This document shows, piece by piece, positions 63,640 through 64,000 of a stretch of DNA of 64,000 bases; the stretch's first letter is position 1, and every line of letters begins with the position of its first letter. The stretch covers positions 7,003,343 to 7,067,342 of the forward strand of contig NC_068983.1 of NCBI RefSeq assembly GCF_001194135.2. The letters are read 5' to 3'. Both the position numbers and the translations under genes were made by a program. Source of the stretch: Octopus bimaculoides (taxonomy: Eukaryota). A model generated the notes under the pieces. The model did not search any database. It was not told the DNA's origin and worked only from the letters and a program-made list of their open reading frames with translations.

Positions 63640-64000
63640 TGAGCTGTGTGGCTGTGTGATATATGTTTGCATCCCAACCACATGGCTCCAAGTTCAGTCT
63701 CACCATGTGGTATCTTGAGCAAGTGTCTTCAACTATAGCTTTAGGCTAATCAAAGCCTTGTGAGTGGATTTGGTTGACAGAAACTGAAAGAAGCCCATCG
63801 TATACACTTATATATGTGTGTGTGTATGTGTGTTTGTGTTTGTACCAGCATCACTGCTTGTCAACCAGTGTTGGTGTGTTTAGGTGCCCATAACTTATCA
63901 GTTCATCAAAAGAAGACTGATAGAGTAAGTACAAAACTTTGGCAAATAAAATAAGTAGCGGGGTCAATTCATTGGACTAAAATTTCTTCAAGGCGGTGCC
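63640..64000 (+). mobile_element. Family A tRNA-SINE, diverged, runs off window end
   Basis: tggctgtgtg A box, aagttcagtctc B box, family A body. Confidence 0.8.

Overview
AT-rich, gapped eukaryotic DNA, most likely cephalopod (Octopus-like), judged from the dense (TA)/(CA)/(CT)/(AAT)/(GAT) microsatellites and the tRNA-derived SINE families. No recognisable host protein-coding gene, rRNA, true tRNA or CRISPR array is present. Almost all ORF-track entries are microsatellite, N-gap or repeat artefacts. The window is mostly retroposons. There are four tRNA-headed SINE families, here called A, B, C and G, plus F, an A-type head on an RTE-type tail. It also holds RTE LINE 3' ends (D), R4/Dong-like endonuclease fragments, a decayed maT/Tc1-mariner transposase, TTAA-flanked and hAT-like MITEs and a Helentron-type element. 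The most notable system, family E, joins a Pol III tRNA-like head, an (AAT)n linker and a minimal type-I hammerhead ribozyme (GACAC-CUGAUGA-A-GGCUG..CAGCC-GAAA-CGUU/GUGUU). It occurs as a tandem pair with two intact ribozymes (7541-7891) and twice head-to-head (5153-5597; 59925-60490). The second head-to-head copy has a central hairpin and an 11-bp flanking duplication. Several unrelated Penelope-type ends also carry hammerhead-like motifs. A CpG-retaining zone and GC-box cluster near 2.3 kb, followed by CpG-depleted DNA and weak candidate exons, suggest these are large introns of an unidentified gene (inference). Repeat boundaries were placed by eye and are approximate.
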